Sequence record: MW825358.1
DNA: 64,000 bases
Strand: one strand, 5' to 3'
Shown here piece after piece: positions 19,285 to 27,926 of this stretch. How positions within the stretch are numbered: position 1 is the stretch's first letter; every line of letters starts with the position of its first letter. The translations under genes and the position numbers were made by a program. Under the pieces are notes generated by a model, which was given only the letters and a program-made list of their open reading frames with translations, was not told where the DNA came from and searched no databases.

Positions 19285-19500
19285 ATGTCCAATGAAAATG
19301 CGCAGAAGGGTCTGATGCGCACCAACGTTCCGCTGCTGGCCAACAGCATCGAGTTGGGCGCGCGGGCCATCATGAACGTGGCTGGCAACTCCATCGCAAA
19401 CGCGGTGGAGGGTCAGCCGATCACACCAGCTTACCTGCATTCGGCTATCGCAGCGCGCATGCAGTCCCTGCTGGTCATCAACAACAAGCGCGGGAGCTGA
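19285..19500 (+). CDS. Small hypothetical protein (71 aa)
   Basis: Tightly packed between RNAP beta and the next head gene, same strand, typical codon use. Confidence 0.65.
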   Translation: MSNENAQKGLMRTNVPLLANSIELGARAIMNVAGNSIANAVEGQPITPAYLHSAIAARMQSLLVINNKRGS

Positions 19501-19505
19501 TTCCA

Positions 19506-20936
19506 ATGCTCAACAAAACCTCTGTGGCCATGGCCCAAGTTCTCTCCCAGGCCCTGGCGGTGCGTGGTGTGGAATTGGCCCCGGTCAATAACACCCCGGT
19601 GCAGGTCCTGACCGAACTGTCCACCCAGTCGCTGGTGCTTGAAGAAGGCCTGCGTCTGTCCGAGGGCGGCTTTGAGCGTCCTGACGTGGCTGTGAGCCTG
19701 GAAAACGACGCCGACTTTGACGGCGGTGTGGGCGGTATCGGTGCACACGAAGAGCAGATGGAGCAATCCACCAAGATGCTCTCCACCGTGCTTACCACCA
19801 CGCTGGACCTGGCCCAAAACGTGGTCACCCCGATGATCGATCGCGTGGTCCAGGCTGTCAGCGCCACCATCGATAACAAGATGGCTGCGGTGGCCGTGCC
19901 GCTGGAGATCATCCAGCAGCGTCCTGATCCGATCTTCGATTCGCCCTACCTGCAAGAAGCCGTGTCTCGCCATGCCGGTCAGAACATTCTGGTGCCGATC
20001 AAGTCCTTGGGGCTGGCCAAGCCGGACATCCTGGAGCTGGTCAAGACCGGTCATGCCGGGATGGATGCCCAGGTGGCGGAATTCATCGAGCGCAATGGTC
20101 TGGAATTTGCCGAAGGCGTGTGGAGTGACCTGTTCGTTTCCACCACCGGTTCAAGCGGTGATGTCTACGGTCGCATCAGTCAGGCCAAGGCGGCCGTGCT
20201 GGCGTACTTCTACGCCTCGCGTCTGCTCAATGAGACCCCCGATGGTCTGAACATGGAACTGAGCGACTGGCGTGCGTATATCGCCGGGATTCTCTCCTCA
20301 TCCGGTGCGGCCATCGTGGCCTACCTGCAATCGCGTGACTGGGCCCGTAAGCACGGTCCGCTGGTGCTGGGTGCCCCGCTGGGTCAGAACCCGCAAGGTC
20401 AGGTTGTGGTCGATGGCGATAAGTACGTGGCCTATCTGGCTGCCGGTGGTACGCCTGAGGCCATCTTCGGTGAGGTCTATGGTGATCGGAATTTCTCGGC
20501 GACTTACCTGCTGGAGAACAACGAGCGCCTGGCCGGTTACTGGAACAAGATCCTGGGACTGTGGCAGCAGCAGATTGCCTCCAAGCGCTTTGATGCCCTG
20601 GCAGAAGGTCTGGACAAGGCCATGCGTGCTGAGATTGCCAACCTGGACGAATCCTTGGGTCTGGCCAAGGAAGGCTGCTACACCCGTCTGCGTGAGCGTC
20701 TGCAACATCTGAAGGCCCGCGATCTGGAAGACCTGTGGCACCTGGCCCGCAAGGCCGTGTGTCGGGTGATCTTCCCGCAGACGGACATCGAGTCGCTGCT
20801 GCTGGCGATTGATGAGCAGTCCAAGGCCCATGAAGGTGTGGACGTGCGCGAGCTGGCCCTGTACGCCACGGTGGAACTGGTGGCCCGTTGGTTGGTCGAT
20901 CAGATCACCTCGCGCGATCTGGCCCCGCAACACTGA
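19506..20936 (+). CDS. Virion/head protein, phiKZ gp177-like (476 aa)
   Basis: Synteny; VSLEN cleavage-type motif in N-terminal part; strong C-ending codon bias. Confidence 0.65.
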   Translation: MLNKTSVAMAQVLSQALAVRGVELAPVNNTPVQVLTELSTQSLVLEEGLRLSEGGFERPDVAVSLENDADFDGGVGGIGAHEEQMEQSTKMLSTVLTTTLDLAQNVVTPMIDRVVQAVSATIDNKMAAVAVPLEIIQQRPDPIFDSPYLQEAVSRHAGQNILVPIKSLGLAKPDILELVKTGHAGMDAQVAEFIERNGLEFAEGVWSDLFVSTTGSSGDVYGRISQAKAAVLAYFYASRLLNETPDGLNMELSDWRAYIAGILSSSGAAIVAYLQSRDWARKHGPLVLGAPLGQNPQGQVVVDGDKYVAYLAAGGTPEAIFGEVYGDRNFSATYLLENNERLAGYWNKILGLWQQQIASKRFDALAEGLDKAMRAEIANLDESLGLAKEGCYTRLRERLQHLKARDLEDLWHLARKAVCRVIFPQTDIESLLLAIDEQSKAHEGVDVRELALYATVELVARWLVDQITSRDLAPQH

Positions 20937-20947
20937 AGGTGAGTTAA

Positions 20948-21673
20948 ATGGATCCTTCAGTCTGGAAACGTGATGCCAGCAAGGTCAATGCCGCGCTGGT
21001 CAAGCAGCTGGATGGTTCAGTGCTCACCACTCGTCCGATCAAGATCTATGTGCCTGAGCGGTACACAGAGAAGGGGTTGGCCGAGATTGGCTCAGAGACC
21101 TTTATCGTGGGTATCTACGCGATTGTGGTGGATGATAAGTATTACGCAGTGAGTAAGATCAATGCGACCATGCGTATCAAACCCACCACAATCTCCACGG
21201 TCAAGTTCGACGGGACTTCGTATTTGGAGTTCTACTTTGAACCGGGGAGTGTGGTCATTGCGACCACCTCCCTGATCAAATCTGACACCTTGGTGTATCA
21301 CATCTTCAACTACTTTATCTCCAACGGCGCTGTGCCGTGGTTTTTGGAGTATGAGGATGTGGCCACCTTGTTTGAGAGCGCCGAGCGCCATGCTGGGGTG
21401 CGGTTAACCAAGAGTCACTCGATCCTTGAGATGTTTGCGGCCGCCATTACGCGCGACCCGCAGCAACGCACTAAGTATTATCGGCACACCCTCGAAGACA
21501 CCAATGTCAAGCCAGACAAGCCTGTGACCTTTATTGCCTTGCGCAATATCTCATTGGGCGCCACGAACACCACAGCACGTCTGCAAGGTTCGTACTGGTC
21601 TGACGGTATGACCTCAGCTCTTGCTAACCCCTCCACCCGGACGGAACGCATTGAGCAACTTCTGCGCAGTTAA
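20948..21673 (+). CDS. Virion RNAP small subunit, phiKZ gp176-like (241 aa)
   Basis: Size and position immediately upstream of the prohead protease; C-terminal TTARLQGSYWSDG motif recalled from this family. Confidence 0.6.
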   Translation: MDPSVWKRDASKVNAALVKQLDGSVLTTRPIKIYVPERYTEKGLAEIGSETFIVGIYAIVVDDKYYAVSKINATMRIKPTTISTVKFDGTSYLEFYFEPGSVVIATTSLIKSDTLVYHIFNYFISNGAVPWFLEYEDVATLFESAERHAGVRLTKSHSILEMFAAAITRDPQQRTKYYRHTLEDTNVKPDKPVTFIALRNISLGATNTTARLQGSYWSDGMTSALANPSTRTERIEQLLRS

Positions 21674-21682
21674 GGAAATGCA

Positions 21683-22453
21683 ATGAACGGTTTCTCCCTT
21701 TCCTGCACCGCGCTGGTGGGTACCAACAAAGCCGGTACACTCAAGCCGGATGCAGACGGCTACTACACCGTGGTCTTAGGCGCATTGGATGTGTATAACT
21801 CATCCGGCGCTTTCTACCCCGAAGCCCCTGCCCGTCATCTGTTCCAACAGTCTGCCTCGCTGATGCGTCGTATTGCCTCGGGTAATCTCCGTGGTGAGTA
21901 TGGTCATCCGCGGATGCAGCCTGGCCAGACCCCGGATGAGTTCGTCGATCGCGTGCGCGATATCTACGAGCCCAACGTGTGCATGCACATCCGCAAGGTC
22001 ACGGTGGATTACACTTCTTTCCGTACGCCCGACGGGAAGCCGCAAATCACCATCATCGGTGAGGTGCGTCCTTCCGGTCCGCGGGGCCCGGCATTGAAGG
22101 AGCAGTTTGAAAATCGTTTTGAAGATGTGTGCTTTTCCATTCGCTCACTGACCCAAGACGAAATCCGTTACGGTCGCCGTAACAAGAACTTGAAGCTGAT
22201 CGTGACGTGGGACTACGTCAACGAACCTGGTCTGGCCGCTGCCCACAAGTGGAATGCGCCGGGTCTAGAATCGCATAGCGACAAGAGCGATGATGAGATT
22301 CAGTTGCTGCCAGGCTTCTTGCAGCAGATGATCCAGTCTCGCCCGCACTCGGCTGTGGCGATGGAGTCCTCTGGCGGTGTGTCCTTAGAATCATTGGCAG
22401 AAGCCCTTGAGACCAATGACCAAGTCAAGCGTCCGGCCTCAGCCCGCTGGTAA
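21683..22453 (+). CDS. Prohead (head maturation) protease, phiKZ gp175 / T4 gp21-like
   Basis: LRGEYGHP (His), CFSIRS (Ser), TWDYVNEPG (Asp); C-terminal GLE/AME/SLE autocleavage-type sites. Confidence 0.9.
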   Translation: MNGFSLSCTALVGTNKAGTLKPDADGYYTVVLGALDVYNSSGAFYPEAPARHLFQQSASLMRRIASGNLRGEYGHPRMQPGQTPDEFVDRVRDIYEPNVCMHIRKVTVDYTSFRTPDGKPQITIIGEVRPSGPRGPALKEQFENRFEDVCFSIRSLTQDEIRYGRRNKNLKLIVTWDYVNEPGLAAAHKWNAPGLESHSDKSDDEIQLLPGFLQQMIQSRPHSAVAMESSGGVSLESLAEALETNDQVKRPASARW

Positions 22454-22456
22454 GCA

Positions 22457-22491
22457 GCATAAACGCCCCACCTTCGGGTGGGGCTTTATGT
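22457..22491 (+). terminator. Intrinsic terminator ending the late RNAP/protease operon
   Basis: gcataaa-c-gccccacc-ttcg-ggtggggc-tttatg. Confidence 0.85.
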
Positions 22492-22495
22492 TGTT

Positions 22496-22532
22496 GATTG
22501 AAAAAAGATACACAACCACATTATCCCTATGA
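22496..22532 (+). promoter_or_regulatory. Putative strong early promoter (GATTGAAA-N19-ATCCCTATGA)
   Basis: Same boxes and spacing as the elements at 25479 and 58878. Confidence 0.6.
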
Positions 22533-22584
22533 ATGAGACACCTATACTTTCATTCCCCAGCCACCCAACACAGGAGTGCGTGTC

Positions 22585-22683
22585 ATGTTTGAAACAGCAG
22601 TAGGCAAAGGTCACAGCACCGGCTACGGTGACGGCCTGAGCAACGGTGTCGGCGAAAGCAAGGACATCATCGGTGGTTTCTGA
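22585..22683 (+). CDS. Unannotated 32-aa Gly-rich peptide MFETAVGKGHSTGYGDGLSNGVGESKDIIGGF
   Basis: AGGAG RBS at 22572-22576, ATG 22585, TGA 22683; own upstream promoter motif and downstream terminator. Confidence 0.7.
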   Translation: MFETAVGKGHSTGYGDGLSNGVGESKDIIGGF

Positions 22684-22690
22684 GCAATTC

Positions 22691-22723
22691 TAAAGCCCCT
22701 GTCTTCGGGCAGGGGCTTTATGC
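22691..22723 (+). terminator. Intrinsic terminator after the 32-aa peptide
   Basis: taaagcccctgtc-ttcg-ggcaggggctttatgc. Confidence 0.8.
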
Positions 22724-22802
22724 TCGTCTTCACATTTGATGTAACTTTTGACGTAACCCCGACATTGAGTGGGTCTATTTCCGCGCTCGAGCGCATGCTG
22801 CC

Positions 22803-24080
22803 ATGGAACACTTTTTTCAAAGTTACAACGAGTTGCTGAAAACCAACCCGTTTCTTGCAAGTATCTTACCTGTCTATTTGATGGGTTTGGTTACCTTCGT
22901 CTTGCGTTCTGTTCCGGCACGTATCTGGTCCACCACGCGTAATCAAGCCACCACCACCTTAAGTCTGCTCTCCACCGGTGCCGGCTCTGCGGATATGCAA
23001 TACCACAGTTTCTTGCGCTGGTTTGTGGGGCGTGGGTTTATGAAGTGGTCGCGTTCATTGGCTGTAGAATCGGCCTGGACGCGCAATGCAGATGGTGAGG
23101 TGTTGCCGGGCAATGGCACCCACTACTTCCTGTGGAAGGGTCGGCCGTGCTGGCTGACCAAATCCCGCGTTGAGCAAAGCGGAACGACCAATCAAATCAC
23201 CCATTCCATTACCGTAGGAATGTTGGGGCGTCGCCAAGACCTTCTCAAAGAGATGGTCGAAGAATTTCGTTGGAAGCCCAACAAAGACCGCGGTCATCTG
23301 TTCTATCCAGATGGCGAAGGCTATTGGTGCTCCAGCACCCGCGTATCATTGCGCAACCTAGACTCGGTCATTTTAAATGCCGGAGTCAAGGAAGAGATGA
23401 TCGCCAAAATGCAATGGTTCTTTGAGAACCGTCAGTGGTATACCGATCGCGGCTTGCCCTATCGGTTGGTCATCTTGCTGGAAGGTCCGCCAGGGACAGG
23501 TAAGAGTTCGCTGCTGCGCGCTATTACTTCACACTTCAAGCGTAATCTGTGTCCCATCAATTTGGCAGGCACCTCGGATGAGAAGCTACCCAAGCTGCTG
23601 AGGCAAGTCCCTGATGACTCGTTCATTGTGATGGAAGACTTTGACTCCTGCCCTGCGGTACTCAAGGCAGAATGGCAGTCAGAGAACGCCTCGCCGGTCG
23701 GTCAGATGGCCGAGGCGATCATGCGCCATGGTAAGTCTGCGTTCTTACAGGCCATTGATGGTGTGGATGTGCTCGATGGACAGGTGATCTTCTTAACCAC
23801 CAATTACATTGAGCGCATTGAACCTGCGGTCATTCGCGATGAGCGGGTGAACCACATCATCCATCTGGGTCTGCTGGAGAACGAGGCAATTCATCGTTAT
23901 ATCGCCAAGGTCTTCCCAGATCAACACCGTGAGCCTAAGATGACCTACGCACCGATTGCAGGTGCGACGTTGCAAAAGCTGTACATGCGTCACCACCGTA
24001 CCTATCTGGATTTCGTCTCAGCGATTCCAGTAGCCAACCCCGACACTGTGTCGGATAAACCCCAAGAGGAGATTGTGTAA
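22803..24080 (+). CDS. BCS1-like membrane-anchored AAA+ ATPase (425 aa)
   Basis: N-terminal hydrophobic helix FLASILPVYLMGLVTFVLR; WYTDRGLPYRLVILLEGPPGTGKSS (Walker A), IVMEDFD (Walker B), IFLTTNYIERIEPAVIR (sensor/SRH). Confidence 0.8.
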   Translation: MEHFFQSYNELLKTNPFLASILPVYLMGLVTFVLRSVPARIWSTTRNQATTTLSLLSTGAGSADMQYHSFLRWFVGRGFMKWSRSLAVESAWTRNADGEVLPGNGTHYFLWKGRPCWLTKSRVEQSGTTNQITHSITVGMLGRRQDLLKEMVEEFRWKPNKDRGHLFYPDGEGYWCSSTRVSLRNLDSVILNAGVKEEMIAKMQWFFENRQWYTDRGLPYRLVILLEGPPGTGKSSLLRAITSHFKRNLCPINLAGTSDEKLPKLLRQVPDDSFIVMEDFDSCPAVLKAEWQSENASPVGQMAEAIMRHGKSAFLQAIDGVDVLDGQVIFLTTNYIERIEPAVIRDERVNHIIHLGLLENEAIHRYIAKVFPDQHREPKMTYAPIAGATLQKLYMRHHRTYLDFVSAIPVANPDTVSDKPQEEIV

Positions 24081-24460
24081 TGGGTCAAGTCACCCGTCAT
24101 GAAGTTGCTGAGCTGATCAAGAAGTTTGAAGACACTGTGTTGCCGAAGCAAATGAGTCTGGGAATGCCCGGGCTTCTCTACGCCGGTATCAATGCTGTCA
24201 AGGCCGAGTTCGATAAGACGCAAGGTTCTCCCTCGGTCCTGCTCCGTAACTACGCACGGGTACTGAAGCATTACGTGGAAGCTCCCAAGGACCCGCGCAA
24301 CATCTTCTACGCCAACTACGTCATTACCGCCGTGCATAACGGTGCTGATGTCACCAAGGCGCTGAAGCGAGCACGGGTGGAGTGTGATCCGGCCAAGAGT
24401 CAGGACGAGCTGCGCAAGGCGGTGAAGGCCTTGCAGAAAACCCCAGCCGTTGCGGCTTAA
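24080..24460 (+). CDS. Hypothetical protein (126 aa)
   Basis: TAATG stop/start overlap with the upstream gene; GAGGAG RBS. Confidence 0.75.
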   Translation: MGQVTRHEVAELIKKFEDTVLPKQMSLGMPGLLYAGINAVKAEFDKTQGSPSVLLRNYARVLKHYVEAPKDPRNIFYANYVITAVHNGADVTKALKRARVECDPAKSQDELRKAVKALQKTPAVAA

Positions 24461-24529
24461 GTACCAGCTATGGGCAGGTGGGTAACCACCTGCTCTATGC
24501 TCTCAATTCGTCAACAGGAGATCAATGTG

Positions 24530-24868
24530 ATGTATTACCTTGCCACCGTGCTCGTGCGTGGTTCGCTGGACCAGCTGATTAAGACGGCAATCCCGCCGCA
24601 GATCGAACTGCCCTATGTCGTCAAGAAGCAAGGCGATGACACGCTCGAGGTGCTGGTGTGGGGAACCTCGCCCGAAGACATCAAGGCACGCTGGGCCGAT
24701 AAGGGACTGATCGTCCATGTCACCGCCCCGTTCGATTATATCGAATACACCTCCCAGCAAGTCCTGCCGGCCTGGTTTGATCTGTCCCAGTGGACTCAGA
24801 TCCAAGAGCAGACCGTCAACAACATCACCTACTACCGGATCAATCAAGATGTCCGAAGCGCCATCTAG
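24530..24868 (+). CDS. Hypothetical protein (start ATG 24530 or GTG 24527)
   Basis: AGGAG RBS at 24516-24520; ORF track 24470..24868. Confidence 0.7.
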   Translation: MYYLATVLVRGSLDQLIKTAIPPQIELPYVVKKQGDDTLEVLVWGTSPEDIKARWADKGLIVHVTAPFDYIEYTSQQVLPAWFDLSQWTQIQEQTVNNITYYRINQDVRSAI

Positions 24869-25112
24869 GATGCCTGGCCAGGCACCGGTGTGGGAAAACG
24901 TCAAAGGTGGTAAGATCAAAGCCACCTTGACCATGACCAATCCCAAGAGTGCTTGGTTTAAGGGACAAAAGCCCCACGTGTGGGAAGAGATCGTCGGCGA
25001 TGACCGCCCGGCGATGGAAGCACATATCGCCCAGACCCTGGCCTGGCTGTCCCACTACGATACCTATTACAGTCTCAAGGACTGGAAGTACGAGGTCAAA
25101 TGGAAGGGTTGA
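24849..25112 (+). CDS. Hypothetical protein (~87 aa, Trp-rich)
   Basis: Chained short overlaps with both neighbours; start could be 24870. Confidence 0.6.
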   Translation: MSEAPSRMPGQAPVWENVKGGKIKATLTMTNPKSAWFKGQKPHVWEEIVGDDRPAMEAHIAQTLAWLSHYDTYYSLKDWKYEVKWKG

Positions 25113-25477
25113 TTGCAAGGGAACGTATCCAACAGTTCCATGTCGATGTGGATGCCATTCGGATGCGTACACTCGAACGCCTGGAGACGCTAAAAGGACG
25201 AGCAGCAGGACAGGTGTTTGACCTGCAAGGGGCGCAGGATCAAGATCATGAACAGGCCGTGTTACTTCAGTGGCAGATCGCAGATCTGTTGGCCGAACTG
25301 CAAGGGGATGAGCGCTACGCAGTTGAACTGAAGCGCTTGGCCAACTGTTTACTTGACACGCGGGAGATTACCTTGCAAGCCAAGATCCGCGTAGATGAAC
25401 TGGCTATCTGTGAACAATACCTGCCCTGGCCCAAATGGTTTTGGTACCACGCCAGCAAACTTCAGCATCGCCATTAG
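25100..25477 (+). CDS. Hypothetical helical protein (125 aa)
   Basis: GAGG RBS, overlap with the upstream stop. Confidence 0.7.
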   Translation: MEGLIARERIQQFHVDVDAIRMRTLERLETLKGRAAGQVFDLQGAQDQDHEQAVLLQWQIADLLAELQGDERYAVELKRLANCLLDTREITLQAKIRVDELAICEQYLPWPKWFWYHASKLQHRH

Positions 25478-25478
25478 G

Positions 25479-25518
25479 GATTGAAACACATTTAGAACCT
25501 ATACCATCCCTTTGTCAT
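25479..25518 (+). promoter_or_regulatory. Putative strong promoter shared with chmA
   Basis: 33/40 nt ungapped identity to 58878-58917. Confidence 0.75.
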
Positions 25519-25646
25519 AGTAGCGCGAAAGTGTACTGTGGCAGCGCTGCAACAGCTGCAAACCTGTAAAACCTTACCTGGCAGGGTAAGTTAGTGCAGG
25601 ATCTACTAGAAACCTTTTCATTCCAATCGAACAAAGGAAATACCGC

Positions 25647-26141
25647 ATGAGCACTGCAACCGCCACCAAGAAGACCCCGGCCGCCGCCACGACCGAAGTC
25701 AAGATCTCCGATGCCGTCCGCACCCTGGCCGACCTGGTCAGCACCCAGATCACCATCGACAAGGACGGTGTGGCCACCGTGCCGGCCGACTTCTACGAGT
25801 CGACCCTGCCGGAAAACCTGACCATCCAGCAGGTCAAGGCCGTGCAGAAGCATCGCGGCGAGGTGGTCTCGGCTGTGGCCCTGGCCCTGGGCGAGAAGGC
25901 CCTGCCGATCATGAAGAAGAACACCGGCCTGGACAAGGCGACCGTGGGCTTCAAGGTCGGCAACGACAAGAGCGAAGTGGCCGTGCACCGCAGCCGCGAG
26001 TTCGGCGATGGCAAGGGTGGTAAGGTGACCAAGTACGGTTACACCACCATCGAGTACACCGCTTCCGGCGCCACCAATGCCGGCGACTTCAAGAAGGTGC
26101 GTCAGCACACCTCCGACGAGTTCGCCAAGGCTTTCGGTTAA
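25647..26141 (+). CDS. Hypothetical, probably highly abundant protein (164 aa, Lys/Ala/Thr-rich)
   Basis: Extreme C-ending codon bias like chmA and sheath; AAGGAAATA RBS; own terminator. Confidence 0.85.
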   Translation: MSTATATKKTPAAATTEVKISDAVRTLADLVSTQITIDKDGVATVPADFYESTLPENLTIQQVKAVQKHRGEVVSAVALALGEKALPIMKKNTGLDKATVGFKVGNDKSEVAVHRSREFGDGKGGKVTKYGYTTIEYTASGATNAGDFKKVRQHTSDEFAKAFG

Positions 26142-26160
26142 TCCAGCCAGCGGCCGCTTG

Positions 26161-26192
26161 AGCAGCGGGACCTTCGGGTCCCGCTGCTTTTA
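26161..26192 (+). terminator. Intrinsic terminator
   Basis: agcagcgggacc-ttcg-ggtcccgctgct-ttt. Confidence 0.85.
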
Positions 26193-26229
26193 GTTGTATG
26201 TCTCTTTTTTGTAACGGGGAAGGATTTGG

Positions 26230-26397
26230 GTGTCAAACGACCGTCAACATTGCAAGACCATTGACATGGTCCGTCAGCTGGTCACCGAGCGTCACTATAG
26301 CGCCGAACAAGTGGCCATCTTTTTGAACACCAACCTCAAGCGTGCTAAGGCTTTAATCGCTGAGGTCAAACGCCAAGATAACGAGGAGCTGGCTTGA
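26230..26397 (+). CDS. Small HTH-like protein (55 aa, GTG start; not in ORF track)
   Basis: MSNDRQHCKTIDMVRQLVTERHYSAEQVAIFLNTNLKRAKALIAEVK...; GGGGAAGGA RBS; YSAEQVAIFLNTNLKRAK resembles an HTH. Confidence 0.6.
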   Translation: MSNDRQHCKTIDMVRQLVTERHYSAEQVAIFLNTNLKRAKALIAEVKRQDNEELA

Positions 26398-26567
26398 TCA
26401 AGGACAACCTGTTCGCACGCCTGGAAGCTGACTTTGATCGCTTGCTTGGAAACGAAGCACAACGTCCGCCACAGGGCAACGCTGGTCAATCCTCAGCACA
26501 GCGCCTGGAAGTAACGCAATCACACCACAGGCCCTTACAGGAGCCTGTAGACCCACCTGTTAAATAA
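26394..26567 (+). CDS. Small hypothetical protein (57 aa, TTG start; not in ORF track)
   Basis: TTGA overlap with upstream stop, GAGGAG RBS; MIKDNLFARLEADFDRLLG...PPVK. Confidence 0.5.
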   Translation: MIKDNLFARLEADFDRLLGNEAQRPPQGNAGQSSAQRLEVTQSHHRPLQEPVDPPVK

Positions 26568-26576
26568 GGGATCGCC

Positions 26577-26975
26577 ATGCCTAGGGTTTTTACCATTCAG
26601 GTCGGAAAGTGGCGTTTAGCCAAAGATCGGGACATCAAGATGATGGACACTACGGTCAAGTCTGGCTATTCGCTGTTTGCCCCGACCTGGGACATGGTCT
26701 TGGGCATTAAGCAAGGTTCCATGACAGAAGAAGAATACACCGAGCTATACTGGCGTATCCTCAATCAGTCGTGGAAACAAAACCAACAGAAGTGGATGGA
26801 CTTTCTTAAGGATGATGATCAATACGCACTGGCTTGCTATTGCAAAGCTGGGGCTTTTTGTCACCGCCATCTGTTGATCAAGTTCTTAGAAAAGCTGTGT
26901 GCCAAACTGGAGCTTCCCTTTGAATACTACGGGGAGCTTACCGATGAACCATCTACCCCAGGCAAGAACTCATGA
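26577..26975 (+). CDS. DUF488/YeaO-like protein (132 aa)
   Basis: FAPTWDMV and ALACYCKAGAFCHRHLL motifs typical of phage DUF488-like proteins. Confidence 0.65.
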   Translation: MPRVFTIQVGKWRLAKDRDIKMMDTTVKSGYSLFAPTWDMVLGIKQGSMTEEEYTELYWRILNQSWKQNQQKWMDFLKDDDQYALACYCKAGAFCHRHLLIKFLEKLCAKLELPFEYYGELTDEPSTPGKNS

Positions 26976-27442
26976 CTAGTGTGACATTCTTTGGCAACCC
27001 GCGCCCGCTCGGTTTCTTTGAGCGCTTGTTCAAACGCGAGCAGCAAGCACCCACCGCGGAGCCGGAAGTGCGTGGTTCTACTCCCATCGAGGTCGACGGG
27101 GAAGTGGATAACAGCGTCATTCTTCTCCAGCGGATTAATGAGCTGGTCGGGATGACGGGCGTGGAGCTGTTTGCCAGTCGCATCTATCAGCTCTATCGCC
27201 AGGTGGTGGACGATACCACGCGCCACAGTGTAGAAACGCTGGATCAAACCAGCGAATCACCGCTGACTGATCACTACGACTTTCTGATCATGGCCCAGTG
27301 GTTGGAAGATGTCCTACCGCAGGACATTCGCCAGAAACTGCTGAGCATGCATATCGCCCTGGACGATCTGGAAGAAAAGATCGGGACCTTAAGCCAGCAG
27401 CGGTGGGAAAAGCTGCGTATGTGGAGTAAAGGCCATGACTGA
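26972..27442 (+). CDS. Hypothetical protein (156 aa)
   Basis: ATGA overlap with the upstream gene. Confidence 0.75.
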   Translation: MTSVTFFGNPRPLGFFERLFKREQQAPTAEPEVRGSTPIEVDGEVDNSVILLQRINELVGMTGVELFASRIYQLYRQVVDDTTRHSVETLDQTSESPLTDHYDFLIMAQWLEDVLPQDIRQKLLSMHIALDDLEEKIGTLSQQRWEKLRMWSKGHD

Positions 27443-27926
27443 AGAATCAACGCCGCCTGAAGAAGTCCAGCCGCTCCCCGACTATGTACGAAGTGTCCCC
27501 TACGCCACTGCGGTACTGGCGTACAAGTTCATGCTCTCCGGGATCGTCTCCCGGCTGCTGCTGTACTTGAATGGGGAGTTGGATAAAGAGCTGATCCAAA
27601 CGGCGATGGATACCCTGCGCAATAACGGGGACATTGTCAGGCAGATCTTGAAGTCTGAGCACTCTCCCATGCGCACGGTTTATGACCGGTTGCTGGAACT
27701 GGGAGTGATTGAAGACCAAAAGCTCATCCCCGAGGCTATGCTCTTTATCAATCTGCCAGATGACCTTAAGTTCCGCATCATGACCGAAGATGATGAGGCG
27801 CGACTTGAGGAAGGTCGACAGCAGCAGATCAAGACCTGGGAGAAGATTCGCCTGAACAGCGAGACCGAACCCACCGCCAGTCCCTACACCCTCCTGATCA
27901 ACCCCGACGAGAACGTGAGCGAGTAA
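27435..27926 (+). CDS. Hypothetical acidic protein (163 aa)
   Basis: Overlapping operon arrangement. Confidence 0.75.
   Translation: MTEESTPPEEVQPLPDYVRSVPYATAVLAYKFMLSGIVSRLLLYLNGELDKELIQTAMDTLRNNGDIVRQILKSEHSPMRTVYDRLLELGVIEDQKLIPEAMLFINLPDDLKFRIMTEDDEARLEEGRQQQIKTWEKIRLNSETEPTASPYTLLINPDENVSE

Noticed and set aside
22585-22683. 32-aa peptide as a lasso-peptide/RiPP precursor
   Set aside because: No Thr at -2 before a Gly-start core with Asp/Glu at 8-9, and no maturation enzymes in the window; kept only as an unknown peptide
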